Below, piece by piece: positions 36,927 through 49,611 of a DNA stretch of 64,000 bases. Position 1 is the stretch's first letter. Every line of letters starts with the position of its first letter. The DNA comes from Felis catus (taxonomy: Eukaryota): contig NC_058368.1 in assembly GCF_018350175.1 (NCBI RefSeq), forward strand, positions 12,028,001-12,092,000. The letters run 5' to 3'. The notes beneath the pieces were generated by a model that saw only the letters and a list, made by a program, of their open reading frames with translations, was not told the DNA's origin and ran no database searches. Both the position numbers and the translations under genes were made by a program.

Positions 36927-37718
36927 AGAGATGACCATTCTTAATTACGCCCCAACCTGAATCATCTTTTTGAGAAGTACTCCAGTGAGCCTATCTAAGC
37001 CTCTTCCCCTGACAGTCCCTTCAAATTACACAAACAACTGTCTCTTCACTGATCGACCAAAGGCAGCAAGCAGCGCGAATCCGTCATGAGTTGCCCTGTG
37101 GCGGTTCTGCATCAGTAGGGACTTGCCTTTAGCACTCCGGGTGAGTGTTGAAGATACTTCTTAGTCCCTAGCTCTCCCAAGGGAGTTTTGGGGGTAATTA
37201 GACTCAGCTGACTTTCAATATGAACAAGATCAAAACCAAAAATTTTCTCATTCTTGAGTTACTGTAGTTGGATGAAAGTGAAGCCGTTACCAAGTGCAAC
37301 ATCAGGTCTTGTGGCCCAAGGCCACCAGCAGAATGTCACAGTCTCTGAAGCTTAACGATTTCAGCCTTTATGTCACCGCTTCCATTTTCACAGCCCGAAC
37401 GCAATCAATTTCCACAGTCCACCGTGGAGGTGAGGATGGCAACGCCACACATTTCTGCAACGGATGCAACATCCTGTCATTGGCCAATTATTTGCACAAA
37501 CACTCAAAGTGTGTCTGCAACTCTGGGGGAGGCAGAGACCTCCTGAAGTGTCTCCGCTCTGCAGACGCTCAGGTGCTCGGGTCCCCTGCTCCAGACCAGC
37601 AGCCGTTTCAGCTGGCCACCGGGAGGATGTTGCAGGGCCAACCACGCAGAGTGGAGGCCAGTGGCATGTGCCTATTCGGCAGAAAAAAACGACAGCTCTA
37701 CAGAGCGAGCGCGCAGAT

Positions 37719-37733
37719 GACACCCCCTGGTGT
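37719..37733 (-). promoter_or_regulatory. CTCF-like motif in a CpG-enriched unique segment
   Basis: Reverse complement ACACCAGGGGGTGTC versus CTCF core CCACCAGGGGGCGC. Confidence 0.3.
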
Positions 37734-37829
37734 TGGGGAGGATGGAGTAACAGGCACACGCTTAAACCGCTGCCGGGGCCTCTGCGAGAGCAAGTCCCTG
37801 GGACACTCCGGAAATACAGTGACAGTGTG

Positions 37830-38660
37830 GTTATGTGTCACTACTTTAAGTGGCTGTGGAGAGTGTCATTGCATGGATGCACCATAATTTATTTAACTGT
37901 TTCCAGTTGTTTGCTATTATAAACTGTGTGATCAACGTCCGTATGCGTATTTCTCTGTGAAGTTGACCCATTAGGTCCTTGGCAAAAATCCTCACGAATG
38001 GAAATCTACGGCGCTGGTACATGGTGTCAGGTGACCGTCTAGAAAGTTGCATATAAGATTGCAAGTCAATGGCCTATGTTTTCTTGCAGTTTTTAACTAG
38101 AATGTGCATTTTTGCATTCAGATATTTGCTCCATCTGAAACTTATTTTGGTGGTAAAAGCCATTTTTTTCCAAAAGACTAAGTCAGTTTTCCCTACTCAC
38201 TTTTACCCTCTACCAAGTTCTCATTCATACTTGAGTCTGTTTCTGCATTTTGTGCTACTGAGCTTTGTGCTAATTATTGTTTAATGCTTCAGTTTTTGTA
38301 CTTGTGTGATATGTTTTAATATCTAGTAGGACAATTATTTGCTCATTATTCTGCCTGGCTATTTGTTCATGCTTATTATTTCAGAAGAACTTTGATATCA
38401 GTTTTTTTTTTCTGTATTAAAGGGAAAAAACTCTGAAAATTTTTTTTTTGCTTGGGACTTGCATTGATTTCAGGAGAGTTGTTACATTTTTACAATACAA
38501 AATTTATTTTTCCATTTATTCAAAAATAGAATTTATTTTTCCGTTTATTCCAATACCTGTGTCCCTCAGTAGAATTTTGTTTTCTTCACGTAGGACCTGA
38601 ACATCTCTTGTTAAATTTATTCCTAGGAATTTCATGTGCTTTTTTTTTTTTTTCGATTGC
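37830..38660 (-). mobile_element. Very old L1 (L1ME-like) fragments
   Basis: ttccagttgtttgctattataaac...ttgttaaatttattcctagg. Confidence 0.55.
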
Positions 38661-39073
38661 CACTATTAAAGGGATATCCCCCACATAGCTATCTAGCCAC
38701 TCGACCAAGTAGGCTAATCCACTTAGCTCCTAATGTGCAATCGTCTGGAAGCTCCAGCTCTCGCCTGTGCACGGATATCTACAGGGAGCAGCAGAATGGA
38801 GCCTGGGCCAGGCCCACTCCTACTCTCCCTCCCCTTCTGGGCCCTTCCTCCTTGGCCCCAAGATGTGGGTGTGGGCCCAGTTGTCCTAGAAAATAAGGGA
38901 GAATCAACCCACCTCATGAAACTCCCCACAAGTGGCCAGCAATGAAAATATGATCTTATTTCTAAGTGCCCAGGACCTTGTACCTGGAGTCAATTTCCAC
39001 AGGCTGGGCCAGGTGCCCTATAGCTGAGGGGTCAGGAGTTTGGTAGGGGGTGGGGAGAGATGGCACGACTGTG

Positions 39074-39168
39074 TCTGCTTTGTTCCAGTGGCTGAGTTAG
39101 TTCAGTGGTCTGTGCAGAGCTTCTCTAAGTTATGCCAAAACTTAGCCACTGAGATCATCATTCAACAT
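39074..39168. repeat. 95-bp dispersed duplicate, copy 1
   Basis: 90/95 identical to 42302-42396. Confidence 0.95.
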
Positions 39169-39839
39169 GGTCATCCTGGCCATGACCTTGTGACCCAGAG
39201 CCTGGAAATCAGTGTCTTGGCCCTCCCTGAGAGTCCTCATTTACCCTGGTTATGCCACGGGAAATCTACTGAGGGAGAAAGGCTGCCCTGGATTTTCAGA
39301 GGCACTAGACAATCTCCTCAGGGCTCTAGCCTGCAGGAAAAGAAATTTCTGGAAAACAGGATGGGGCTCAATTTTTTTGTCCTTTTTAGTTCTGATTTCT
39401 ATCTCAGTCATTAAAAAGCAAGCTTTAAAAATAAGACCCTATCCATTATGTTTTAATAATCATCACTGGGGCTTCAAGTGATTAATAATGGAAGGTTTTT
39501 GTTTAAATATTAAACATTAATGGTTTTGTTCTGCTCTTGAGAACTGGAGGCAGAATTGGAAATGGGCTCACAACATGCTGTACCCCTGGGGTCTGGGCTG
39601 ATTGCAAAGGTGACCCTCGAGAGGTAGAGCCTGTAATCAGAGGATGTTTCCATCCATGCCGTGATCTGTGACCCGGGGCTGCACACTGTCTCCCAGGCAG
39701 CATGGGACTTCACAAAAGCCTTTTGCATTTTTGTTTTCCCAAATGACCGATGGATCTGCTAGAGAAGAATTTATTGTCAATTGCTTCTTTCCTTTGATGC
39801 CACATGACTACTCCAAGGCTGAGAAAGCTAAATCCCTTA

Positions 39840-40450
39840 ATAATAATAGCCATTATCTGGCACTGAGCTGACACTTTATATGCATTATTCTATTTAAAGT
39901 TTACAAGTACCCTGAGGGATACGAAGTATTATTCCTATTTTAAATATGAGGATATGGAGACTTCGAAATGTTAAATAACTTTCTAAGTATACCCAGCTTG
40001 TAAGTGGTAGAAGTAAGATTTGGAATCAGTTCTTATCTGATTCTGAATAACATGACTTTCCATTTCCCTGTCTCACCTAACTAAACGATAATTAAATAAT
40101 TGGTGCCACTGTCTTGAGATACGACTGTCTCCTAGACCCTAGGCCAGCTCCTGTTCTTTTTTGAGTAAGTGATGTGTCAGGATGATTTCAGAGTGTGGGA
40201 AACCAGGGGTAGTGGCATAAATATAATAGAAAACAATTACACCTGAGTTTACCCTGTGCCAAGTACTGTGCTAAGTACTTTGTAGGTAATAAATCGCTGA
40301 ATCCTCATAACAACTTCATAATGTAGGTTCCATTATCGTCCCTCCATCCTACCGGTAAGTCACAGAAACACTAGGCAGCTTGTCTAATATGAGATAACCA
40401 GCAGGCAGTCAAGCCAGGACCCAGGTAGGCTGGCTCTAGGGTCCTGTGCT
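39840..40450 (-). mobile_element. Two MIR fragments (~39840-40060 and ~40230-40450)
   Basis: tgtgccaagtactgtgctaagtacttt...aatcctcataacaac and related MIR reverse-complement motifs. Confidence 0.6.
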
Positions 40451-40469
40451 CTTATCATTCATATGGAGT

Positions 40470-41350
40470 CTCTCCAACTAAGATGGGAAAAGTGGGGGTG
40501 GAGGAGCTTTCAGGGAGGGGGTGAGGGCTGGTGTTATCAAGAGTTCTGTTTGAGCATGTTATACCTAAGTACATTATTGGGTATCCCGATGGAACAATCA
40601 AGAAGGCATGTGGATATCAACTTGGCACCATCAGCATGTAGGTGGTATGGATAAGATAAGAGGAAGTCACCTCTAGAAAATGTATAGGTAGAGAAGAAGA
40701 GAGGCCAATGGGTTCCTTCCACATTCTGAGAATGGGTGGAAGAGGCAGGGCTGGCAAAGGACCCAAGTGACTCCTCCCTTTCTCTCACACCCCACATCTG
40801 AAGCCTCAGCAGGACCTGTGGATTTCTACCACTCCTTACCACTGCCCAGCCTCCACTGCCTTAAAATAATCATCCACCTGGTTCACTCCTACATACTAGA
40901 GTACCCTCTGACAGACCACTCTGGTCACCCCACCCTCCTTACTAAACTCCTGCCACACCAGCCTTCTTGTTCTTAATGTGTGGGCATGTTCCCCTCTGGG
41001 CCACTGCATTGCTAGTCCCCTTACCTGTAAATACCCTTTCCTAGAAAGTCCCAGAGCTCCATCTGTTGCTTTGTTCAGATTCCTACTCAAATGCCATCTC
41101 CTCTTTGGGAGCTTTCCTGGCCACCCTACCCAAAGGGTGCCCTCAGTTCTCTTTCCCAAGATCTGCTTTAGTTTTCTTCATAGCCCTTATTACTGTCCAT
41201 ATTGTATTACATGTCCATCAACCTCCTCCTCTCTGTAATGGTAAACTCTGTGAGGGTGGAAGCTCTCTGTTTATTCTCTACTGCATTCTCAGTGCCCCGA
41301 AGAGCACCTAGCCTGGTGGAAAATACATGACAATTATTTGTGAATGAATG
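40470..41350. mobile_element. L2 fragments in opposite orientations
   Basis: Plus copy ends ttatttgtgaatgaatga (L2 tail); minus copy gagttctgtttgagcatgtt. Confidence 0.6.
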
Positions 41351-42301
41351 ATTGTTGAAAAAGAAACTGAGAAGTAGTGGTTGGGGCAGGAGGAAAACAG
41401 GTGGTCACAGAAGCCAAGAGAAGAAGGTGTTTTAAGAAGGCAGATGTCTGTCCACGTTTAATGCTGATGATGGTTGAAGCAACAGGATGGAATCTGATTG
41501 CTGACATTCATCCTGTTTCACTTTATTATTATTGGTGTGATAGAGACTCATTTGCAAGGATGTTCTTTGCAGCATTGTAGGGAACAGCAAAACATCAAAA
41601 CCAACCGGAATAAATAGGCATGATTAACTTAATGGCTGAACACAGTAATACACCTATTCTATGGAATACCATGCAGTCATCCAAAAGAAGAGAAAGATCT
41701 ATAGCAGATCTATAGCATTTTCTAAAAAGGTGTCCAGATACATTAAGTCAGAAAGTAAGCTGGAGTCCAATTTATACTATGATTCCTTTTTTTGGTTTGT
41801 TAGAAAATATATAGATCTACTAAAAAACATTAGCATGGATAAACAATAAATCAGTTCATAAATTATCTCAGTGGAGTTGTATGGGGAGATTTTCACTTCT
41901 TATTTTGTATACTTATTCTTTAAGTGGTAGGGTTATTTTTGCTCTTGACAGTTTCCCAATATATTGCAATTGCCACATAATTGAGAAAGGAAAAGAAATA
42001 AATAGGATGATATATATATACACACACATCATATATATATGATATATATATACACCATACATATATGGTATATATATCTATTTAAATAAATAGATAAAAA
42101 AAAATTGAGCACGGAAACTCTGGACCAATCTTGAGTCAGAGAACATGAAGGAAAGCTCCAGACAAGAACGGACTGTTCTCTCCTTGTTTGCCCCTGCTCT
42201 GAGTATATGAGAGGCCTCATGTAGCTGGGGTGTTGGGTGGCAATTGTCATGAAGTCATACTGGTTTTGAGTTAGCTACTCGGTTTCCCACAGAGAGAAAT
42301 T

Positions 42302-42396
42302 TCTGCTATGTTCCAGTGGCTGAGTTAGTTCAGTGGTCTCTGGACAGCTTCTCTAAGTTATGCCAAAACTTAGCCCCTGAGATCATCATTCAACAT
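42302..42396. repeat. 95-bp dispersed duplicate, copy 2
   Basis: 90/95 identical to 39074-39168; ends in a T8 run. Confidence 0.95.
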
Positions 42397-42769
42397 TTTT
42401 TTTCCTCCTCAAGACACCTAGAGTCCGTGAAGTGCACTCTGATGAGAACATGGCGTGTAGGACCACTTCTCTCTTCCAGACTCACCATTTGTCCAGACCG
42501 TTGACAACAGGGAGCTGTGGGACATACTTGGCTTGCCTCCTAGAGACTTCATAGCAGAGTAACATTTACTTTTATTGGATAGGTAAGAGCTAAGGTCATC
42601 CTCTGAAACAGATTCTCTGGCAAAATGGAAATCGGTAATTTACCTCCTAAATTCCATTTTTAAAGATTGAATTCTATTTCAGTAATAAGAATTGATAAAG
42701 GATGCTGATGTTATTCCCTTTTTACTCTGTTAAGGAACCAGGATTGCATCCAGCTGCATGTGTGGGTGA

Positions 42770-43370
42770 GTCAGCAAAGTAACCATCTCAAACTTCTTGA
42801 GAGAGTAGTCCATATTTGCTGTCTTTTTCTCCTTTCTAGACCTTTCTCCAGCCATCTGCATTGGGCCTTTCCTCCTCTTGGCTTTCGTTGTCTTTATTTG
42901 CTCTCACTCCTTTGTCACCCACATGCTAGGAGACTGCCTTGTGTCCCTAAAGCCCCTCCTGGCCCCTTATGTGGAGAGGCCCTCCCTGCACAACATGCCT
43001 GTCCCAAGCACTCACACTGCCTTTGCTCAGGCTGTACCCTTTGCCTGGCAGGGCCATTACCTCATTTTTCTGCCCAACGAACTTACCTTTCATGATCAGC
43101 TCAGCTGTCTCTTCTTTGGAGAATCTTTGCTGGTCATTCCCTCCCACTCCCAGGAAGAACTGGGTCTTTCCCAGTCTCTGTCCCCATAGCTGTGAGCAGA
43201 CTGTGGGTACAGAGCTTACCTGAGAGCCGCTGTGGCTTTGTCCTCATGTGTCTCCTTGTCTTCCATTAGACTGCCTGTCTCTTCCATTAGACTTGCATCC
43301 TTAGCCCTAACACAGTATTGGGGAGAGAGTAGATGCCCAGCTCGTGTTGGCCGATTAAATGGATGCATTT
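42770..43370 (+). mobile_element. L2 fragment
   Basis: aaacttcttgagagagtagtc...gcctttgctcaggctgtaccctttgcctgg. Confidence 0.6.
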
Positions 43371-45924
43371 ATTGGTTCCCAGAGGGAAATACGAAAGGCA
43401 AAACCCACAGTTTTGCTGGGGATTCAGTGTTCTGAAGATAGGAATTCTGAAGAGCCACGTGAACACAAACCCCCACCCAGTCACCACTTTGTCCCCCCTT
43501 CTTCCAAATCTATTCCGGAGCTGGCCCAAGAGTTTTAAATCCCCATTCCCAATTCTGTTTCTGACTCACTAGCCCTTTATATTACTCACTTCCTGTCTAC
43601 AACGGCACTTGCTGGTTTATAAAGCAAGGTGACCCTTAGGGATAACAACCGAGAGCTTATAAACAGTCTCAGAGTCCCATGAACTGTGTAAAGGCTAAAT
43701 GTTGTCATGAATCAGTAAAGTGCGTGAGTGAATGGAAACTGGATTGCTAACTACTTTATCTGTCAAATTTAAAAAGTACTAAAACCACCCCAAGGGGAGA
43801 GTTTTGATATTCACTCTTCCTCGCGACTCATTTCTTATGAAGAAGAACAAATAAGCCAGGAAGCCAGGATTTCAGTGGGGCTGGGGCGGGGGGGGGGGGC
43901 GGGGGGGGGAGTGCCTCTCCTGCTCTAATTCCCACTTTTGGTGTATTTAAGTAAGTGTCTGCAAAGAGAACGATGCATAAATTATGAGTACCCAAAGGCA
44001 GTTCCTGTGAAAGGAAGGGAATTTATAAATGTTGTGGCCCTGTTTCCCTCTGAGGGGTGCCCAGTGAATCAAAGGTCACTGTGGGTGTTTACTCCCTTAT
44101 GTCCCCTGCTGGGGGAAGGAGGGTGACCCCTGCGTCATTTCTCAGCATCTCAGCAATACCTGAGGGTGTAGCAGGCCCTTCACTCTCTCCTCCAGGCAAG
44201 CCAGAGTAAGCTGGGTGCGCTGCGGACCCCTGGCCTCCCCAACAACGGGTACCTTCCAGGTCAGAAATAATTAGCGGAGGCAATGCCAAGCGCCAATTAG
44301 CTTGGCATATAAACATGCGGCTTCCTAGAAGTCAGGTCTTAATATTAATACAAGGACTAAAGAGTGACAGGCAGGCTGGGGAGTAAAGTGAGGACCTTGA
44401 TATGCTGGCTTGTCTCCTGGGATTTCATAAGAATGCAGTGGATGCTACCTAGTATAATGGGTTTTAGCTAAGCCTTTTGTCTTTACGATGTGAGGGAGAA
44501 AATGGCAGGGTGGGGTGGGTCACTCTGGTCCCTGTCAACTTCAAGGATGTGCACAGTGGACTCTTAGGTGTTCAGAGCTCTCCTTTGCTTACGAGGGTCC
44601 TGAGGGCCCTGCGGGGTGGAGTCTATGTGGGTGGCTGGGAAGGGTAGATCAACAGCTCATCCCACAGGGCTTTCCTGGGACAGAAGTGGGGACGGTCCCA
44701 CCATGGGAAGACTGGATGGTCAGCAGCTGCAGGTTTGGGACCTGGACTGTGTGCAGTTCTTATTCAAGGGAGAGGTTTTCCTTCTCTCCCAGGAAGGACC
44801 AATCTTTCCCTCAGGTTGGGCCAAACACCTCTTTCCGATGTTAAAAAGAAAACCAAAAAGCTGTATTCAGACATTACTAAAAACCTCAAATATTCATATA
44901 TAGCCATGTGTATAAAATATGCATAGTGTTATAACTGCTTATAATATGTATATATGGGTGTGTTGGTATATACACGTGTGTGTGTGTGTGTGTATAAAAT
45001 GTGTGTGTGTGTGTGTGCATTCTCATATTCTCAAGATAATAACCTATCTTGAGAAACCCCTTGTCTAACCACATTTTTCCTGGCCAACATCGTAATCATC
45101 CCCTTAGTGCCTGCTTTCAAAGACCATCGAATAGGAGAAAAGCAATTCTTTCCAGGTTAGAGCAGCACACGTGAAATTAAAACTGGAATAGGCCACCTGA
45201 GATTTTTATTCAATGTATATTTCATTTTAAAACTTGAAAACCATCTTGAAAAAACACTTTCAGTATATTGAATTGCAAGGGCCTAATTTGGTGCTACAGA
45301 CTGGTACTTTGGGATGTGTCTACTGACATAGGAAGTGGTTGGGGGCTGGGGGCAGTCATATCCTAATTAACTCCAAGAGACTCCCCAGCCCCTTCTACCC
45401 AATCCGGGGCTAGGTGCCTGCACATTAGTAGATCTCATCTTAATGACAGGTTTCAGAACACATTGAGTTAGACCGCCCCTCCCCTGACAAATATTGTACA
45501 CTTCAAGACACAACAACACTGTGAAACTCAACGAAGCACCACAGAAACATTTCGTATCTTCAGAATGTTTAGGGACCTCTGTGATTGGTGGCCTCACAAC
45601 ATTGCCAATTTATTGAATTTTTACATTCTATGGGCATGATCCCAGAAAGCCAGTCCCAAAATGAAATCAATCCCCATATTTTAAAGGGCAATTCTTTGCT
45701 CCAACAAAATTATGGGGTCTCTTAGCTTCTTGGATATTCCATCCAAAATTAAAATGGTTTCCTTATTGATAAACTTCAGATCTGAGGTCCTCAGGTGAAT
45801 ATTTTACAGGGCAAGTGAGATGCCTGGACATGTCTATTATATGCATAAATACATTATACTTTGAATGACCTGTGAACAAACATGTTAGGAATTATGCAAA
45901 TGGTGGTAGTTTTGGGCTCTGTCT

Positions 45925-46160
45925 TTTTTTTATTTTTATTTTATTTTATTTTTTTTTTTTTCAGCGTTTTATTTTTGGGACAGAGAGAGACAGAGCATGA
46001 ATGGGGGAGGGGCAGAGAGAGAGGGAGACACAGAATCGGAAACAGGCTCCAGGCTCCGAGCCATCAGCCCAGAGCCCGACACGGGGCTCGAACTCACGGA
46101 CCGCGAGATCATGACCTGGCTGAAGTCGGACGCCCAACCGACTGCGCCACCCAGGCGCCC
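45925..46160 (-). mobile_element. Young SINEC_Fc
   Basis: Near-consensus; TSD ttgggctctgtctt. Confidence 0.97.
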
Positions 46161-47489
46161 CTTGGGCTCTGTCTTAAAGTCAGTGGACAAGAATATGTTG
46201 GGAATTGGCCCAACCTGAGGGTAAGACTGGTCCTTTCAGGAGAGAAGGAAAACCTCTCCCCTGAACAAGAACTGTCTATAGACTGGGCTGCAGAGCTCAG
46301 TAGAAGCCCCTGGTGATTGAATACGTTGAACATATTTGAATATATTTTTGCAGAACCTGTTCCTGAGTGCTGATGGGTTGGCAGGGCTGTCTTTTGACAG
46401 GTCAGGCAACATCTTTTAGTGATGTGAGATAGATGTATCCTCATGCTTTAAATTTATAGTTTAATGACTTGGAAATACACAGCCACATGCACACACACAC
46501 ACACACACACACACATGCACATGTATGCCAGGGATGGCAAATAGATGTCACTCTTCATGGAAATGTTGATTGATCAGTGGAGACCACCATGAGCACTGTC
46601 TTCAGAAGAATGGTGGAACAGTAGGAGGAAAAACACATCGAAGCTGGTTAGACACAGCTGCTAGGGGCAGGGGAGAATGGTCAGGGTTGAGAGTTCTCGT
46701 GGGGAGAAGCTCAGGGGCATGGAAGGATTGAATATCACGTTGACTCAGAATTCAAATCTGTCTAGTGCAATTCTATTTGATTCAAGCTTGTTAAAATTCA
46801 GTATATAGTAATAGTCACCTCCAAGCGTCAAAAGTTCACCTAGAATTTGTGTAGTGAGTGTACAACAAGTGACTCGATTTAAGGCAGGAAATGGAAAAGA
46901 AAATTGGTGAGTTCATTTTAAGCTAGTTATATATGAAACAAGCAACATTAAGCTAAATTCATACATTATCCCCAAACGTACATTAGCCATGCTTCATGAC
47001 TTCCTACTATTAAACATGTTTCACAAACCTTACCTTTCATAAACACAGAAAGTATACATTTTAATTGGGTAAAGATAGGGCTTATCGTAAAATAATTTTA
47101 TAAGATGACCCTTATCTCTTTACATTAGATAGCACAGAAGAAATCTGTGACTTGTGAAGGAAAACAGGAAAGAGTCAAATTTATATTCCTTGAGGCCTTT
47201 GCCTCAATCTGATTAGTTAGCAAATAGTTTTTTTAATTGTTTAGTTCACTAGGCCATAAATTCAGCTTCCTTATCAGCACAGAGCAAGGCATTTTATAGC
47301 ACAGCATCCAGAATAAACAAAAGCACTTTAAGCCCAAGTGATTTGCTTCATAGTTTCCCTTTAATTAAAGCTCTCTTCTTAAATAGAGGCTCATGTTTCT
47401 GAATTCCTATTTGCCTTTTTTAGAAAAGGACTTGTATTATTTTCTTTGTCCATAGGAAAACAAATAACAAGATGCTTTCAGACAGTGAT

Positions 47490-48520
47490 TGTATCATTTC
47501 GAAATTGCATTTGGCTGGCAGTCACAGAGACCTAACTGTAGTGACTTAGGCAAATTAGGTTATTTTTTCTCCGTCACAAGAGAACATGAACGTTGGCACG
47601 TGCGCGGCAGCTCTGTGCCTCATCACGGACCCAGGCTCCTTGTGACTGCATGTTCTTCCATCTTTGGTGCGTGGCTTTCATCCTCAGACTTGCTTCATGG
47701 TGCAAGATGGAAGGAGCCTCAGCAGCCATCGCTTGTCCATTCCAGGGAGCCATATTGGCTCCATTCTAGGAGGAAGAGGGTCTGCGTATCTTTAAAGAAA
47801 CCTTCTCAGAAATTACACCCAGCAACTAACCATATTCCAGGAAACTCCATATCTTGCCTGTCTCCGTGGTCCTCAGCCACTGGATTAACTGTGCGTAGAT
47901 TCACCACAGCCTGACCTCGCCTTCTGCTTATTCGCTGTAGCTCTCCTTGCAAGGCTTCCCCATCGCCACCAGGGAGCGGGGTTCCACCTGATGCCCACGC
48001 ATGCGTGATCCAGAAGTGCGGGTTACTGCCTCAACTGGTGAAACTTTTGTTAAGAGTTAATGAAAGCTGTTGGATTGGTTCTTTTTCCTTCCTGTCCATC
48101 CCCCTTTTCCTTCCTGCCCGACCTCCCGCCCAGGACGGACATCCTGAGTCGCATAGTTCATTTGCCTTTAGTAATAGGCCCCATGAAATTAAAAATCAGT
48201 TGTGTTTGATGCCCAGCAATGTCCAACTTGGAAACACACCTTCATATTGGCTCTCTCTCCTTCCCTGCCGTATGTCCCTTTTTCCTCACTCCTACTTCCC
48301 TGGGAGTGCATTTCCTAATAAATTAGCGGCACATACACTTTCATTTCAGGCTCTGCTTTCTTGGGAACCGAAGCTAAGATAGGGCAGAACTTGGTGACGT
48401 GTCCATATCAGGTAGGGGGGCCCCCGGCAATGTAGTCTTTTAGCTGGTAATCTTTACTTGTCAGATCAGATCATATTTCTGTTGCTAAGGAGGGATGGGA
48501 GAAGTTTCTGCCACAGTGAC
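47490..48520. mobile_element. Old MLT1 LTR (minus) with a nested LTR16-family LTR (~47885-48380, plus)
   Basis: MLT1-like ggtgcaagatgg; nested LTR ends cctaataaattagc...ggctctgctttcttgggaaccgaagctaagata. Confidence 0.55.
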
Positions 48521-49094
48521 CCAAAGTATAAAGGGCATTAAACAGAGTGATGGCAGAGAGTGACCAGGGGCAAGGCCACATCCAGGGATTCTGTGTGCCG
48601 CTGGATTGGTCCCTTCAACAGTAGGCGAAGCCAACATTGAAAAATTCCATCAGCTGCATTTAGCGACACTGGGGATTCTGGTGCCTGTGGGTCTGTGCCT
48701 TGGGAACAAATCAAGGTGAGGCAAATTGCACCAGCTGAGATCTTTTTCTTCTGAGGCTAATAGAGCCAGGTTGTCTAGAGCAGCCTGCAGCTACAGTCCC
48801 CCATGGCCTGGTGTAATTCAAGTGGAGCTGCTTCTAGAGAAGGAGGTCTTAGGAGATCTTGGCCAACCCTATCGTGAAGTGACCCTAGAAGTTGTCTTCA
48901 AAGTTCTACTATTTTTTATCAGGACTGTGGAAGGCAGGAGATAGTGGGTGCTGGCAGAAGTGAAATAAGATGGGAATCTGGATGAAAGTGGAAGTCAAGG
49001 TCCAGTGTGATCCAAAAAATGAAAAAAGATGCTACTCTTATGGGGCAGGGCTGCCCGCACCAAGAAGACAGTAGGGTAAGAAGAAAGCCAAACA

Positions 49095-49300
49095 GGGGTG
49101 CCTGGGTGGCTCAGTCAGTTGCATGTGCAACTCTTGTTTTGGCTTGGGTCATGATCTCACAGTTCATGGGTTTGAGCCCCGCATCAGACTCTGCTGACTA
49201 CGGGGCCTTTTGGAGAGTCTCTCTCCCTTTTTCTGCCCCTCACTTGACTGTGCTCTCTCTCTCTCAAAATAAAAAAAAAAAAAAAAGAAAGAAATCCAAA
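49095..49300 (+). mobile_element. Carnivore SINE
   Basis: GGGGTGCCTGGGTGGCTCAGTC head, A tail. Confidence 0.9.
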
Positions 49301-49494
49301 TAAAGCTGGAGTAACAAAATGGGGTTACCCAGAGGCTTTTAGAAATGGGAGATGAAAGCAAGGCATTGGGACCTTGATCTGTGTGGAAGTTTTCCTTGGT
49401 TGTACCTTAGGGAGCCAGAGGGGATCCCCAACTAGAATGGCTTGATTTGGGGGGGGGGTTTCAGTCATTCTCCCTCCCTAATTTTGGATATTAC

Positions 49495-49611
49495 TTTTTT
49501 TTTTTTAAGATTTTATTTTTAAGTTATCTCTACACCCAATGTGGGGCTTGAACTCCCAACCCTGAGATGAAGAGTTGTATGCTCCTCTGACTGAGCCAAC
49601 CAGGTTACCCT
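49495..49611 (-). mobile_element. Short tRNA-derived carnivore SINE
   Basis: cccaatgtggggcttgaactc...ctgagcca; TSD atattactttt. Confidence 0.8.

Noticed and set aside
37294..37887. Longest ORF (197 aa), plus a minus-strand ILTSTVDC peptide resembling the hAT dimerisation motif
   Set aside because: GTG start, no recognisable domain, and overlapping ORFs in several frames as expected from GC-richness; the hAT-like motif is short, followed by a stop, and lacks ERxFS
39130..39155. 13-nt identity of the minus strand (CAGTGGCTAAGTT) to mature miR-27
   Set aside because: The seed end differs and the surrounding hairpin does not resemble a miR-27 precursor (40-nt loop); likely chance
39087..39168. 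Duplicate read as coding exon VAELVQWSVQSFSKLCQNLATEIIIQH
   Set aside because: The differences between copies change three amino acids with no purely synonymous codon change, and there is no good shared donor site
45882..46316. Recurring ORF peptides such as GQRETEHE...RARHGARTHG and MAQSVKRLTSAQVMIS
   Set aside because: Translations of SINEC_Fc copies
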